64,000 bases of DNA, from positions 20,172,534 to 20,236,533 of the forward strand of contig CM120644.1 in the NCBI GenBank assembly GCA_051362555.1, read 5' to 3'. The DNA comes from Lingula anatina (Eukaryota; Animalia; Brachiopoda). A program made the translations under genes and the position numbers. Shown here piece after piece: positions 25,769 to 37,500 of this stretch. Each line of letters opens with the position of its first letter. The first letter of the stretch is position 1. Below the pieces are notes generated by a model. It was not told the DNA's origin. It saw nothing but the letters and a program-made list of their open reading frames with translations, and did not search any database.

Positions 25769-27249
25769 ATTTGGCAAGAAGGGACCAATACTTGGCTCTG
25801 CAATGATGGCAACGTGCTATTCTTGACTGAATGGATATTCATATGAGCTCTAAGATTATCCTATACTTTAGACGCTGATGAATCAGAACAATTGCAGCTT
25901 TCTTTTTAAATAATAGGTTCATAGATTTGTAAATTTACAAAAATTGACGACCTTGTCTTATAGGTTATTGAAGTTTGACTTAGTGTTATGCTTATTTTAA
26001 GATAAAATTTTTCAAACGAGGTTCACGAAATTACTTTGGGAAGATTAATATTAAAAAAGTTAGGTTGAAATATTAATTCGCATCATTAATGGCAGTAGTT
26101 TCAATTAGATTATATTTGAGACTTTGAAGCTGTTGACCAATTTGACTGTTTTTTTTTTTAGTTAATCAACCAATGCAGCGCCCATTAAGTAGTACAGATA
26201 CAGTATGTCGACCAGCTGTGGTACTTGGCACACCTCTCCAATTTAGTTATGAAAGAACAACAACAACAAAAAATGTCTTGTGGTTTATGCCTCGCGTGGC
26301 AACTAAAAGTAGAATAATTCAATACCATCGTGACATATTTACCGAGAATGCTTCTTTTTCATCAACATCTCACGCGTAACTTAGCATATTTTATTGAATA
26401 TATTGTACCATGGTTGCTCTCCAAAACACCATTTTTTTGTTGGGGCCGTTAAGCAGGCCCCAAACCCCACACCAAGAGGGCAATGGTCAGCTTCGCATCC
26501 GAGGCCTGTCGTTCCGGCCCCCCCCCCCCCATCTAATAATCCTGGATCCTAAGCCCTGCAGCTGAACGGCACTGTGAGGGCGTTTTGAACTATTTTATCC
26601 ACGCTTTACTGCACTAAAATAAACTAACAAAATATTTACAAGAGCGAATCAGCGGTTTCTTTGTTAAATAGGATAGTAATATTTTTGTTTACAGTTATAT
26701 TTTTGTTTCCCATCCACTTATTATCACAGGCCCTTGCTAACATTTAGCCCCGCAAAAATTAAACCACTTACCTCAACCACAACACGAATGTCACCTTTAA
26801 TGAAGATGAATTAGTATCGTTTTATTTATTTATTTATTTATTTATTATTTTGCAGAAAGTAGACTTTGACAGTAAAAGAATCTGTCAGTATTCCACACAC
26901 AATGCAAAAACATTTATTCTTCCTACTTTCGCTCACATACTGGGGCACATAGTTGTACTAATTTTGAAATAACCTCCAGAATAACATCAAATGTCATATT
27001 TCTTTACTTGAATCGTTTTTAATTGGTTTCTTTTGCTAAATTCTTCTTTTTACAAAATAGTTCGTAATCTAGAGTGTCGTGTTAGACTCGCTGAAGGGTT
27101 CAGAAAGAGAACTACTTTTAGAAACATTTTGTACATGTATTAATATTCTCTTGAAATATTTTGCAAGTTAATTACTAACTTCAGATTTTAGCGCTCTCTT
27201 TCGGCGAATTCACTCTTTCGCAGCAAGAGAAATCACAGTGCGCGATGAT

Positions 27250-27620
27250 TGACGTTTAAGCTGTTATAACTTGACAGCTGCTATCAAAATTAACTGAATT
27301 TGATTGGCACCTTGTCAATCAAAGGATGTAGGACGCTTGAACTAAACGTGTTCGACGACTATAGTGATCCACTGTGTAATAATTGTAATTGACGTTTGTT
27401 TATATAACCCTGCCAATCAAGCTGATATTACTTGACAGCAGCTATCAAAACTGATGAATTTGATTGGCATCTTGTCAATCAAAGGATATTGGAGTTTTAG
27501 ATGTTCGAAGAGAAGAGTATAGTAATTGTTGTGTTGTCGTTTTTTTTACAAACTGTCATTCATAATCGTGTGCGCTTGACAGCTTCCATCAAACTTGAGG
27601 TAGCCTGTTTGAATTTGATT
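27250..27620. repeat. Diverged ~150-160-bp tandem repeat, 2-3 copies
   Basis: CTTGACAGC..CTATCAAAA...GAATTTGATTGGCAxCTTGTCAATCAAAGGAT at ~27270 and ~27431, with a partial copy at ~27575. Confidence 0.75.
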
Positions 27621-28084
27621 CATACGTGTCTTTAACAATACATGTCGTAACATTCTGGAGGTAGGGGGTATTTTATTATTATTTTTATTTATTTATTTAT
27701 TTTTTTTTTGCAGCGCGGTAAAAAAACGTCGGGTTCTTTATTTCAACCGAGAGACTGAAAAACAACGTGAAAGAGTTCCAGGTTCTTTCACAGGCGTTTT
27801 AATTATACTAAAAATCAGTTGTCATTCTTTTTTTGGATATGATGTATAATGACTATACATGAATTAACGTCGTTGTCGATGTTTGTTGCTCCATAATCCT
27901 TTCCTTGGTGCTCGTTCGAAATAGGCACTTCGTATACGAACTGAAAATATTACTTTAATCATACTTCTTTTACACCCAATGAATATTTTTGGAACATTTT
28001 TAAAAAACGAAAGGTATAAAAAGTAAAACCTTGTCATTTTTAAAAAGAGCTACCGAGAGAAATAGGCAGAGATAATAATGTTAG

Positions 28085-28495
28085 TGGGCAGATAAAATAA
28101 AATAGTACCGGTTTTGTTCGTTCCCTTATAAAGGGTGTTATGGAAAGCACTTTTGACTTATGCGTTAATTAAATGGTCTAAAACTACAGATGACAAGTGG
28201 CGTGATTGGAACAGATTTTACTTCTATTCTTATCATAAAAATGTTTGTTCTTGCAACTAAAAGATGGATTTTATGTTTAATTTATCTTAAGAGAGTAGTA
28301 AACAAAACAATGATTGTCATAAACGGCAGTTTCAATTCAGCTCACGACCTTTCAAATATTTACAAAAGAACTCTAGGCTTCCAGTTTTTAAAGGTGATGA
28401 ACGGTTTTTTGTATCTTTTATCCTAGCTGTATCTCATTTTAACAGTTTTAAACTTAATTCTTTATACTTTATAAAGTTTGTAAACATAACGCTTT

Positions 28496-28500
<5 letters not shown>
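28085..28500 (+). repeat. Old interspersed repeat; a diverged direct copy lies at ~56407-56700
   Basis: Collinear blocks ATTGGxACAGATTTTACTxCT, CAGTTTCxATT..GCTCA, CTTTTATCCT and ACAGTTT(T)AAACTT occur at both sites. Confidence 0.5.

Positions 28501-28573
<73 letters not shown>
28501..28573. repeat. (TA)n microsatellite followed by poly-T
   Basis: Read directly from the sequence. Confidence 0.95.
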
Positions 28574-28803
28574 GATAAAAATTCATGTAAGTGATGCTTC
28601 TCAAATTTGGAGTGCTATATTTATTATTGTGTTACTTCTTTTTTAAGCAACAATGAACAACATTTCAAACATGCTGATCATACACAAAAACAAAACTCAA
28701 AGTGTACATTCCTCAATAAACTGGAGTTTATTCCACTTTAAAATGATTCAGGTGTAATAATTATTATAAATGATGATAAATAATTAATATATCACTTGTC
28801 CTA

Positions 28804-31107
28804 TCATGCATCAGCATCCTCAATGTTATCAAAAACATTGATGACAAAATCTAGAGAGAGCAATTTCTCCACAAGTTTTGTGGCTGCCTCAAGCTCCAGT
28901 CCAGAAAGTGTCCTGTAGGTGTGAGGTATGAAGGCGATGCTCTCAGAGAGAACTTGGTACTGCTGATTCCGCAGACTGGCGCCCACTTCACTCAGAGAGT
29001 CAGGGTCACAGATAAACTGAAGAGAACAAATACAATATCAGTGGAAATGTGGTGAAGGCAGAGGTTAGTGACCTTTAGGGTGACTTTATATAAATATGCT
29101 TCATTCCATTTATCTGTAACTTTTCCTGACCCCAATGAAAAAAATAAAATAAATTGCAATATCCTGATTACAATGAAGCGGTAAAGATTGGATTAAATAA
29201 TCAAAGATCAATCAATTAATCAATTCAAAACAAAATGGGCAAAACAAAATTTGTCACTGCCTTTAAAAACTTACCCCCACCTACTATCACAGAGAGAGAG
29301 AGAGAGAGAGAGAGAAGAGTACAAAAACTGTACCTCCAGGATGTCTTGCCCCAGTTCATCACTGTCTTCAGAGACTTCCTCCGCCTCTACTTCAATGGCG
29401 ATCTCCTCTGCTGCGTCCAGGGTGAAATCATCATGCACTGGTCTCAGCACCTGAACCAAACCTTTACGGTGGAAGGCAAACTTACTGGGAGACTGGCGAC
29501 CTCTGCAGAGAACACACACATGTGAACAGAAGTGTAATATATCATTTTTATTACTGAAGAATTCTAAATATCTGTGGAATCTCCTGTCACTCTGACCAGT
29601 TTTTTTTCATCTTCATTTAATTTATCTATTAACACAATCGTGTTCTGTAATCTAGGACTTTAAGATAATTCCACTGAATTTCTGATGAATTATACCTGTA
29701 TAACTTACCCCAATTTCTTAAGATGCCTTTGGATTACACTTTTTGTGTTCTGAAGATTATCTTGAAGCCAGCATTCCAGAACAAGACAGCAGGCTCCAGG
29801 CCCCACTACCTCTAGCAGCACTGTCTCATTGGATTTCTTGTTGGCCTGGAAGGAAAAAAACTTACTCCATTACTGGGGACAATGTGGACAGTGACAGGTG
29901 AAACAAGGCACTATCAATACTGGCCTCTGACATTTTTTTTGCTCTAAAAACATATTTTATGTACCAATCTAAATATTATAGAAGTATTTTTCTTCATTTT
30001 ATTTTTCTACCCCTTTTTCAAAATTATTTTAGCGTTAAGAGTGGACAAATTCTAATTGCACTTTGAATTACAGAGTATTATGTATAGTATATAAAAAAGA
30101 CTCACAATTCTGTCAAGAGCTTTCAACAGAGGCTCTTTTGGAACTTGTGCTGTGCTGGCTTCAGCAAGAACTCTGCCAATAGCTGGGTTGACGTTCATGT
30201 CAGTGCCTCCCTCTACACCAAAATAGACAACATTTGATCTTTTTATCATCAAGGTTTTGAAAAAGAACCACAAATTTTACAAAGAAATATATTTTTAATG
30301 ATTCCAAAATTATGTTTCTGAAGGATTAATAATTATCCCCATTGAAAAAATGAGTCATTACCATAAGTTTCTTCTTTTCTACAAGCATAAAACTGACTAT
30401 ACTATTTAACATTACTTGTGAAGTGTTACAACTGGGCAGCAGCCATGGTTACCTTTACATGCTACCTCCAGTTTGGTAATGTAGGCTACAATCTTCTTGG
30501 ACTTGGCCAGGTCTGCTGCTGGCTTGGTGTGCTTCAGTTTGGACCACTTGTTGTGTCCAGAATACAATACATTACCACAGTGTAGTGCACATGTTGGACT
30601 ATAGAGGGAAACTCTGGATGTGCCCCTCAAAAATGGAAGATTGATGGTGGTAGGGTGTAAACTCCACAAGCCCAAACTGAGACTGACTTTACAGTGGGAT
30701 ATAGAATATGTCTCAATGTCTTTGTTATGTCTGAGTATCCCTTTTATGCTTTCAGCTGCTTTTAGCTCTTCCTTCTCAATACTGTATCTACAGCCATGCT
30801 TCTCACTTAACTTTAAATACAGGCTATCCATTCTGATAAAGACTTTATCTGAGCTCCTTGGAACATTATGTTTCACAGTTACAGAGGACTTCAGAGGTAA
30901 AAAGTTGCCTTTGATCTGAGCACAAGCTAGTTTCTTCTCAAACACACAAGAGAAATTATTGTTCTTTTCAGCATAATTCAAATCAGTTTTCTCCTCTTCA
31001 TAATTGCCTTTTTTCAGACATCTTTGTAAATATCTTCTGATACCATCAGTGCACCGTTCTGAGGATGATCTGCACAGCCACAGGCTATTGTAGCCACCCC
31101 TCAACAT
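28804..31107 (-). CDS. TACO1: Translational activator of cytochrome c oxidase 1 (YebC/TACO1 family), ~426 aa
   Basis: Phase-consistent exons 31107-30453, 30212-30106, 29845-29709, 29502-29334, 29016-28804. Hallmarks are SGHNKWSKLKHTK, EGG..NPA, EVVGPG, FHRKGLV, AIEVEAEEV, FICDP and VFDNI. Acceptor at 31138/31137, upstream of ATG 31107. AATAAA (minus strand) at 28732-28727. Confidence 0.93.
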
Positions 31108-31734
31108 GTCCACTGCAACACAAGGAGGGTTTCTGTCTGAAAACAAAACAGGCCAAGGGAATAAATAGAAAACAGATTATGGAGTCATGATTATTTAAAA
31201 TAGCTGCTTCACTAACGTACAGGAGTTAGACAGATTACTACTAATAATCAATTCAAGAAGTTACTATTAGGAACTTAGCACTGAGCAGCAGTAACTTAAT
31301 TAATTACTGTACATTTAACTTACAAACCACGCCTGGTTGTCACCTTGATTAGGAAATGAACCTAGTTAATGAACCTAAAAATAGTAAAAACCACGGGAAA
31401 AAAAAACCCAGTAGTAATATGGCTCCTTTACCCCAGTTTCATCTGAACTCCGAGGTTAACGTCCAGGTTAACGGGGGTCTTGAATGGCAAATTTCACTCG
31501 ACAGTAGTGTTTAGGCCAGATTCAAAAATTAGATACGAAATTTACAACTGAAATAAAAGGTAATTAATTAAGTGAACCAATTTTGCAGGTATCTAATTAC
31601 TGATCCTGTGTTTTCGGCATTATCGTGGACAAGTGTGAGGACTTAAGGGCCAGCTGAGTGTAGGCTAGCCTGGACCATGATCATTTCTCAAGGTGATGAA
31701 ATCCGATCTAGTGTTTTGCTTGGGCCTAACTTAC

Positions 31735-32216
31735 ATAAATAATAATAAAAAGTATACCTTTCAATTTTACCCGAGTAAACGCAGTAGTAACAACATAACA
31801 ACGCCATCAACTCACAAACAACCAACATCAAGAGCTCTGTACACTGTGCATGCTGGAAGCGTGACACAAATCTTGTGACCTACTTTTGAGGTTACAAGAT
31901 AGCCTTATTTGAAATTTGGCAAAAATGTCAATAACGTTGTTTTTTTTCTTTGTTTTCATGGTGCTTTACCAAATTGATATTTTATTTATAAAGTGCGAGT
32001 ACAATTTAATATGACTGACATTTCCCAAAATTAACAATTTACATCGTTTTCAGTGTTATCCTTATTGTAGCGCCCTCTATAGCTATGTTATGATAACAGC
32101 AAAACAACGTGGTGGAGGAAGGCACGAGTACAGGATTTATATGTTCCACCATTAGACGATTTCTGGGACTCTGATTGAAAGGATCACGATAGCAGACTAA
32201 TATTTCACGACTATAG
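31735..32216. promoter_or_regulatory. Putative bidirectional promoter and non-coding first exons of TACO1 (-) and NOM1 (+)
   Basis: Both first coding exons are preceded by acceptors (31138 minus; 32820 plus). Candidate donors are GTAAGT (minus, 31734) and AG|GTAAT (plus, 32217). A partial CTCF-like TAGCGCCCTCTA lies at 32068. Confidence 0.55.
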
Positions 32217-32821
32217 GTAATCTCTTATGTTGGAATTCTGAAGCAGCAAATCCAACTTGTAATATCTTTTCCGCAAGCACTGCACAACTAAACCTTGGGT
32301 TCATGATAATATACTGGCACATGTACATGTATATGTATATTCCTTTATCAGTATGAACATGACCGGAGGGTATATTATTGTGGCAGAAAGAATTTTAGTT
32401 AACCTGTTATTCTGAAAGAAATTATAACTCCCGAGAAATTAACTTTTGAAGAACACAATGGATATAAGTGTTAAAGCGCTTTTTGTGCTATCCTCAGTTG
32501 TTATATATTTATTTATTGCAAAATGAATCTATCTCTCTATCTATATAATGCAAGAAAACGAGTAGATTTTATGTCTAAAGATTATAATATAATAAGTTAA
32601 CTGTTTATACTTTGTTTTAAAAAATTCACTTGATTGAATAATTACATGTATTTACTAAGATAATAAATGGATGGTCAAAACAATTATGTTGCACCCGTTT
32701 GTGCTTTAGCAATTTTGTATCTTGCTAGTGATAAGGACATTAACCTTGCTTAATTGTATTTATAAACCTCCTCAAATCTTAAATCTGTTAATGTTACCTC
32801 AAAGATGTTTTTACTTTCAGA

Positions 32822-34529
32822 ATGACAAAGAGAAAAGGTCGAGGATTTGACCAGCCAAATTTGAAGCGTTTCCGAGCTTCTGTTGAGGAGTTAGCAGCAG
32901 CGACACCTGCTGGTATTGGCAGTCATGAGGAGCAGGGAGCCAGGAAAGGTATGGTGAACCTGAGGGCAGGGGACCCTGCAGAACTGGGACAGAATACTGG
33001 GAATTAGATACAGAAATAAATTTGATTTAAGACTGATTCAAAACGGTGGACAGAGGGTCAGATATGGCGTCCCACTACAAAGCTTGCCATCTAATCCCCT
33101 AATTTTAGACTCTGAATAGATACTCGTGGGGAAGTATTCAAGTGGGTCGCACCATATTTGACCCTCAGACTAGTTATTCCTCTGTTTAGAATGCAGCCTA
33201 ATTAAAATGGGAATTGATATTACCTGCATAGAAGTTGTTGTTTGATCACAGATGTGGTTGTACACGATCAAAAGGGTTTATGTTGATAACCCAATTGCCA
33301 TTACCATACTGGTTTGGATGATGTTTCAGAAAAAGTGTGACACTCAAAAACTGCAGTTTAATGTTAGTGAAAGCTTCACAAAATGCACATTTGACATGTG
33401 TCTTTTTTATTTGCAGTTAGCCATATGCCAAGGAAGGCAAAAAGGAAAGAAATGCGAAAACTTAAAAAAATGAGAAAAGCTGCATACTTGCAGAAAAAGA
33501 CAGTAAGTAGTGTGATTAGACCTTTTTCCAAAGTGACAATTTCATTTTAGCTTCATGGTGTTGAATCATCATTACAGTTTATTGATATCCATTGGGATGA
33601 AATTTTTGTCTTAAACATGCAAACTGGTGAACACAGAACCTAGAGAATGGAACTTGTATGACATGACCTTTGACCAGACCTGTGACCTGGCCTGTGACCT
33701 GTCTTGACCTCACTTGACCTGACTTTGCTTGACCTGACCAGGTTCACAGTTGTCATAGTGAGACAGATGATGATGAATGTGTTTTTCTGCTACTAGCAGA
33801 ATTAAAGATTTACCAATAAATATATCAGCAAAGTTTTTAGTACAAGTTGAAATTTGTTGTCACTATTAGCTTACAACCAACTCGGCAGGGGGCCTACTTC
33901 AGATTGTTGTGAGTAGATGTTGTATCTCACTGACCACTAGAACAATGAACAAAAATAACTTTTATTATTTAAGACAGTAAAAGCAAATGAATAGATAATC
34001 ATGGTTATTGTAAAATACACAGTTTCCCTTATATTGCACTAGAATTTGCTCATGAAAATCAGTACAGTTATGAAAAAATTCAAAGTTTTGATTAGGATAT
34101 AATTCTAATTCATAATCTTCCTCAAATTCAGCTACCTACTATGGAGAGCCTGAACAAGGAAAAGGAGGACATCAGAAAAGCTGCTAGTGATAAGCGTAAG
34201 AAACAAAAGAAGAGACAGAAAGAGAGAGAAAGAAAGAAAAAGAAGAAAGCAGAAATTGCTGAGGTATTGCAGCAGTGAAGCTGTAGTGTACATAACAGGT
34301 GGTATGTCCAAAAGTTGGAGAATAAAACCACCTTCAAGTTTCATAGCAGTCCCTCCAGGATAATACAAACAAAGGGAAATATTGAAACCCTGCAGTATAA
34401 CTTAGTTAATATACTTGAAACTCTATGGTTGAATATCTGGTGTAATGTCAATAATTTGACATGTCTACTTGCTGAATATTTATTCAAAATTTTTATATAT
34501 CATTTCAAAATAAAGCAATTTTCAGTGTT

Positions 34530-34567
<38 letters not shown>

Positions 34568-37500
34568 TATTATTATTATCATTATTATTATTATTATTAT
34601 CATGACATCATTGTCAAAATTGTTTTATCTGATTTGCTTGCTCTCTTCTCCCCAGGAGGAAGATAGTAGAATCCAAGGACTCCGAGAAGCCAACAAAAGA
34701 GAGGAAAAACAGATCAAACAACTAGAGAAACAACTGAAACTAAACAAGAGGAAAGGCAAGAACTTGCCCAAGAGTTTTGAAGAAGATGGTTTAGGGTGTA
34801 TCCTTTAAAAAAAAATTCGAAGAAAGATTTGTTTGAAAAGATACTATTAAAATAATAAAAAATTACTACTATTAGACAGTGTTTTCTACTTTCAGTGTAT
34901 TTTTTATTTAAATTTCATTTATCAATGTGTTGTTGTACTTTGAAAAAAGCACAGTATTTGACATCATCTAAGTCCAGGGCTCCGTATCTCGAAAGTTTCT
35001 CTATGTTGCGCATGTGTGCAAGTGTCTTGATTCCATAACTCGCCCATACTCGTCCCATATAATACATTGTAGCCTCTATTTAATATAGCGATTTGCAAAT
35101 TGCGATGCTTTCGAGATACAGGGCCCTGTAGTGTCTCATCCCAAGTCAGGTGTAGAATTGAATGTCCTGTGAAATTTGAAGTAATAATAAAGTAATATTG
35201 AATAGGAACATCTATTACTGATTGTAGGGTAAGATATTATTTGAACTTCTACTTTAAGTTATAACATAAAAGCAGATTAGGTATTAGGTGACCGTTTTAT
35301 GATGTGGAAAAGAAGTCATCATAGTTTGTCAATTCCTTGACTGACTTACACAGATATACTTGATGTAGTGGACTCGGAAAAGATCAAGGCTATCTATGAA
35401 GATGGCTCTGACCTTGAAGATGACCTTGACCTTGGATCTGACCTTGGGTCTGCTTTTGATTCTGATGGTAATGCTTGTGTGTTGCTTTCCTTTAATACAT
35501 ATAATTTTATACATATATCACTTTGTTAGTAAAGAGGATTGACCTTTTTTTTTTAAGTCATAGATCCCCTGACTGGAAAACAGTAGACATTTTAGTAAAC
35601 AGATATCCTTACTGTATGAAGATGTCATATGCTGCACAGTTTATGTTATAACAATCTCTACACCTTTTCCAAAACTTTAAATGCCGAAACAAGGAATGTA
35701 TGTGCTACAAAATGCTAAATTCAATTTGAAAAATCTGAAACCAAGCTTAAGGTGGAGAATGGCACAATGACATGGTTCTGGTTTGTTAAACTTAAAGTCC
35801 TGTGGATTCACGAAAACTGGAGTACAATCTATGAAATGAGTTGCATTATTCTTCAAATTCCTTAATTTGACCATGTAAAATGTTCATTTAATCCTAGTTT
35901 GTGTTGTTGCTGACACATCATATGAAGAAATGGCAATATTAAGAATGACATTTAGAAAGATCTTTAAAAAAACTTTTTTAAAACCTGTAAAAAGGCAAGA
36001 TTTTCAACTTAATAATTTTAATTGACATAAATGTCTTATTGTGTTTATGCCTGGAGTACATTTTAGAGTCATAAAGTAGTCCTGTAATACCAGATATGAA
36101 AAGGTTAATGCCAACACTTATTTCTTTCTCAGGTTCTGGGGATGATATTGAAAAGGATGATGAAGATGATGATGGAGGTCCAGAAGGGATCAATACGGAT
36201 GATGATAAAGAAGAAGAAGATGTTGATGATGATGAAGAGGAGGATGAGGAAGATAACAGTCTTGGCAGTGAGCAGGAAGATGACAGTGACAGAGATGAGG
36301 TGATGACAGGAGATGACAGTGACGATGATGACATTACTGGTGACATTGTAGAAAACAGTGGGGGAGATGATGATGAGTTGAATGATTCAAGTAAACTGTT
36401 AAAGAAAACTAAGGATGGCAAGTTGAAAAAAACTACCACAAATTCTATGCAAGAGAAAGAATTAAAAGTAAGGACTACCGGTAAAACCAAAAAAGACAAA
36501 TTGAGCAAAAATACAAAAAGTACAAGGTGGAAAGATGGTGAACAGACAGAAAGTAGTGAAATGGAAGAAAGTGACACGGATGATATGGCAGTATGTGGTG
36601 AAGAGGCAGGTGAAGATAGGGAAGACTCTGAACAGACGGAATATCGTGAAGATATTTACGGTAGATTGAGGGATAGACATGGAAACATTGTCCAGGGTAA
36701 GGGACACAATGCAGCATATGTTCCACCAGGAAAGAGACTAGAAATGATGGAGGGAAGGAGTGAAAAGAAGAAAGTGGAACTAGAAAGATTGAAGAAGCAG
36801 CTGAAAGGTTTGGTTAACAGGTGAGAGTTATTTGATACAAGCCTTAGCATTAGTTGTGGTGGTAACTTGTTGAAATTAAACCATTGACAAACATGCTTTC
36901 ATTTTGACACTACAAAAACACATAAACTACTTTTCTCCATTTTATCTAAATGATTTACCATTTGGGTTAAAAAATATAATTTGACCAAATGCAACCAATT
37001 TCATAAATAAAATGAATTGCCAACAAAAAATTTTAAGAAGTTTAATGTTTATAAAGCTATTGTAATACAATATGATTTATCTTATTGCTTGTTATTATGC
37101 TTTTTTTAAATGAAATATTTCTTACAACCTTATGAAATCAAAACATTAAGACCAATTTTTGGCTAATTTAGATCTTTTACAAGCCCAGCCCCAGGTGTGA
37201 TGGAGAATGTTGAATGATCGAGAACTTCAGTTTCTGTTCAAACTGTTGATGACGTTTTCAGAGTGTCAGAGTCCAATATGCAGCCAATTAGTCATCAGAT
37301 TGAGGACTTATTCCGTAGACACAGTAGAGCAGACATGAATGGGATTCTGACGTCTTTAGTCTTGGAATCCTGTACGTCCAATGTCCTGGTGCCAGAGAGG
37401 CTTGTTTTGGATATAGTGATGTTGGTGGCCATTTTGCATGGGAATGTTGGGAGTGAAGTTGGTGCGTAGAAAACTGATTTTTCTTCTTCTAAATAACAAA

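Noticed and set aside
25511-25846. Repeat-peptide ORFs on both strands
   Set aside because: They are explained by the 30-bp minisatellite.
35978-36850. Minus-strand Ser-rich ORFs
   Set aside because: They are antisense shadows of the acidic NOM1 exon 6.
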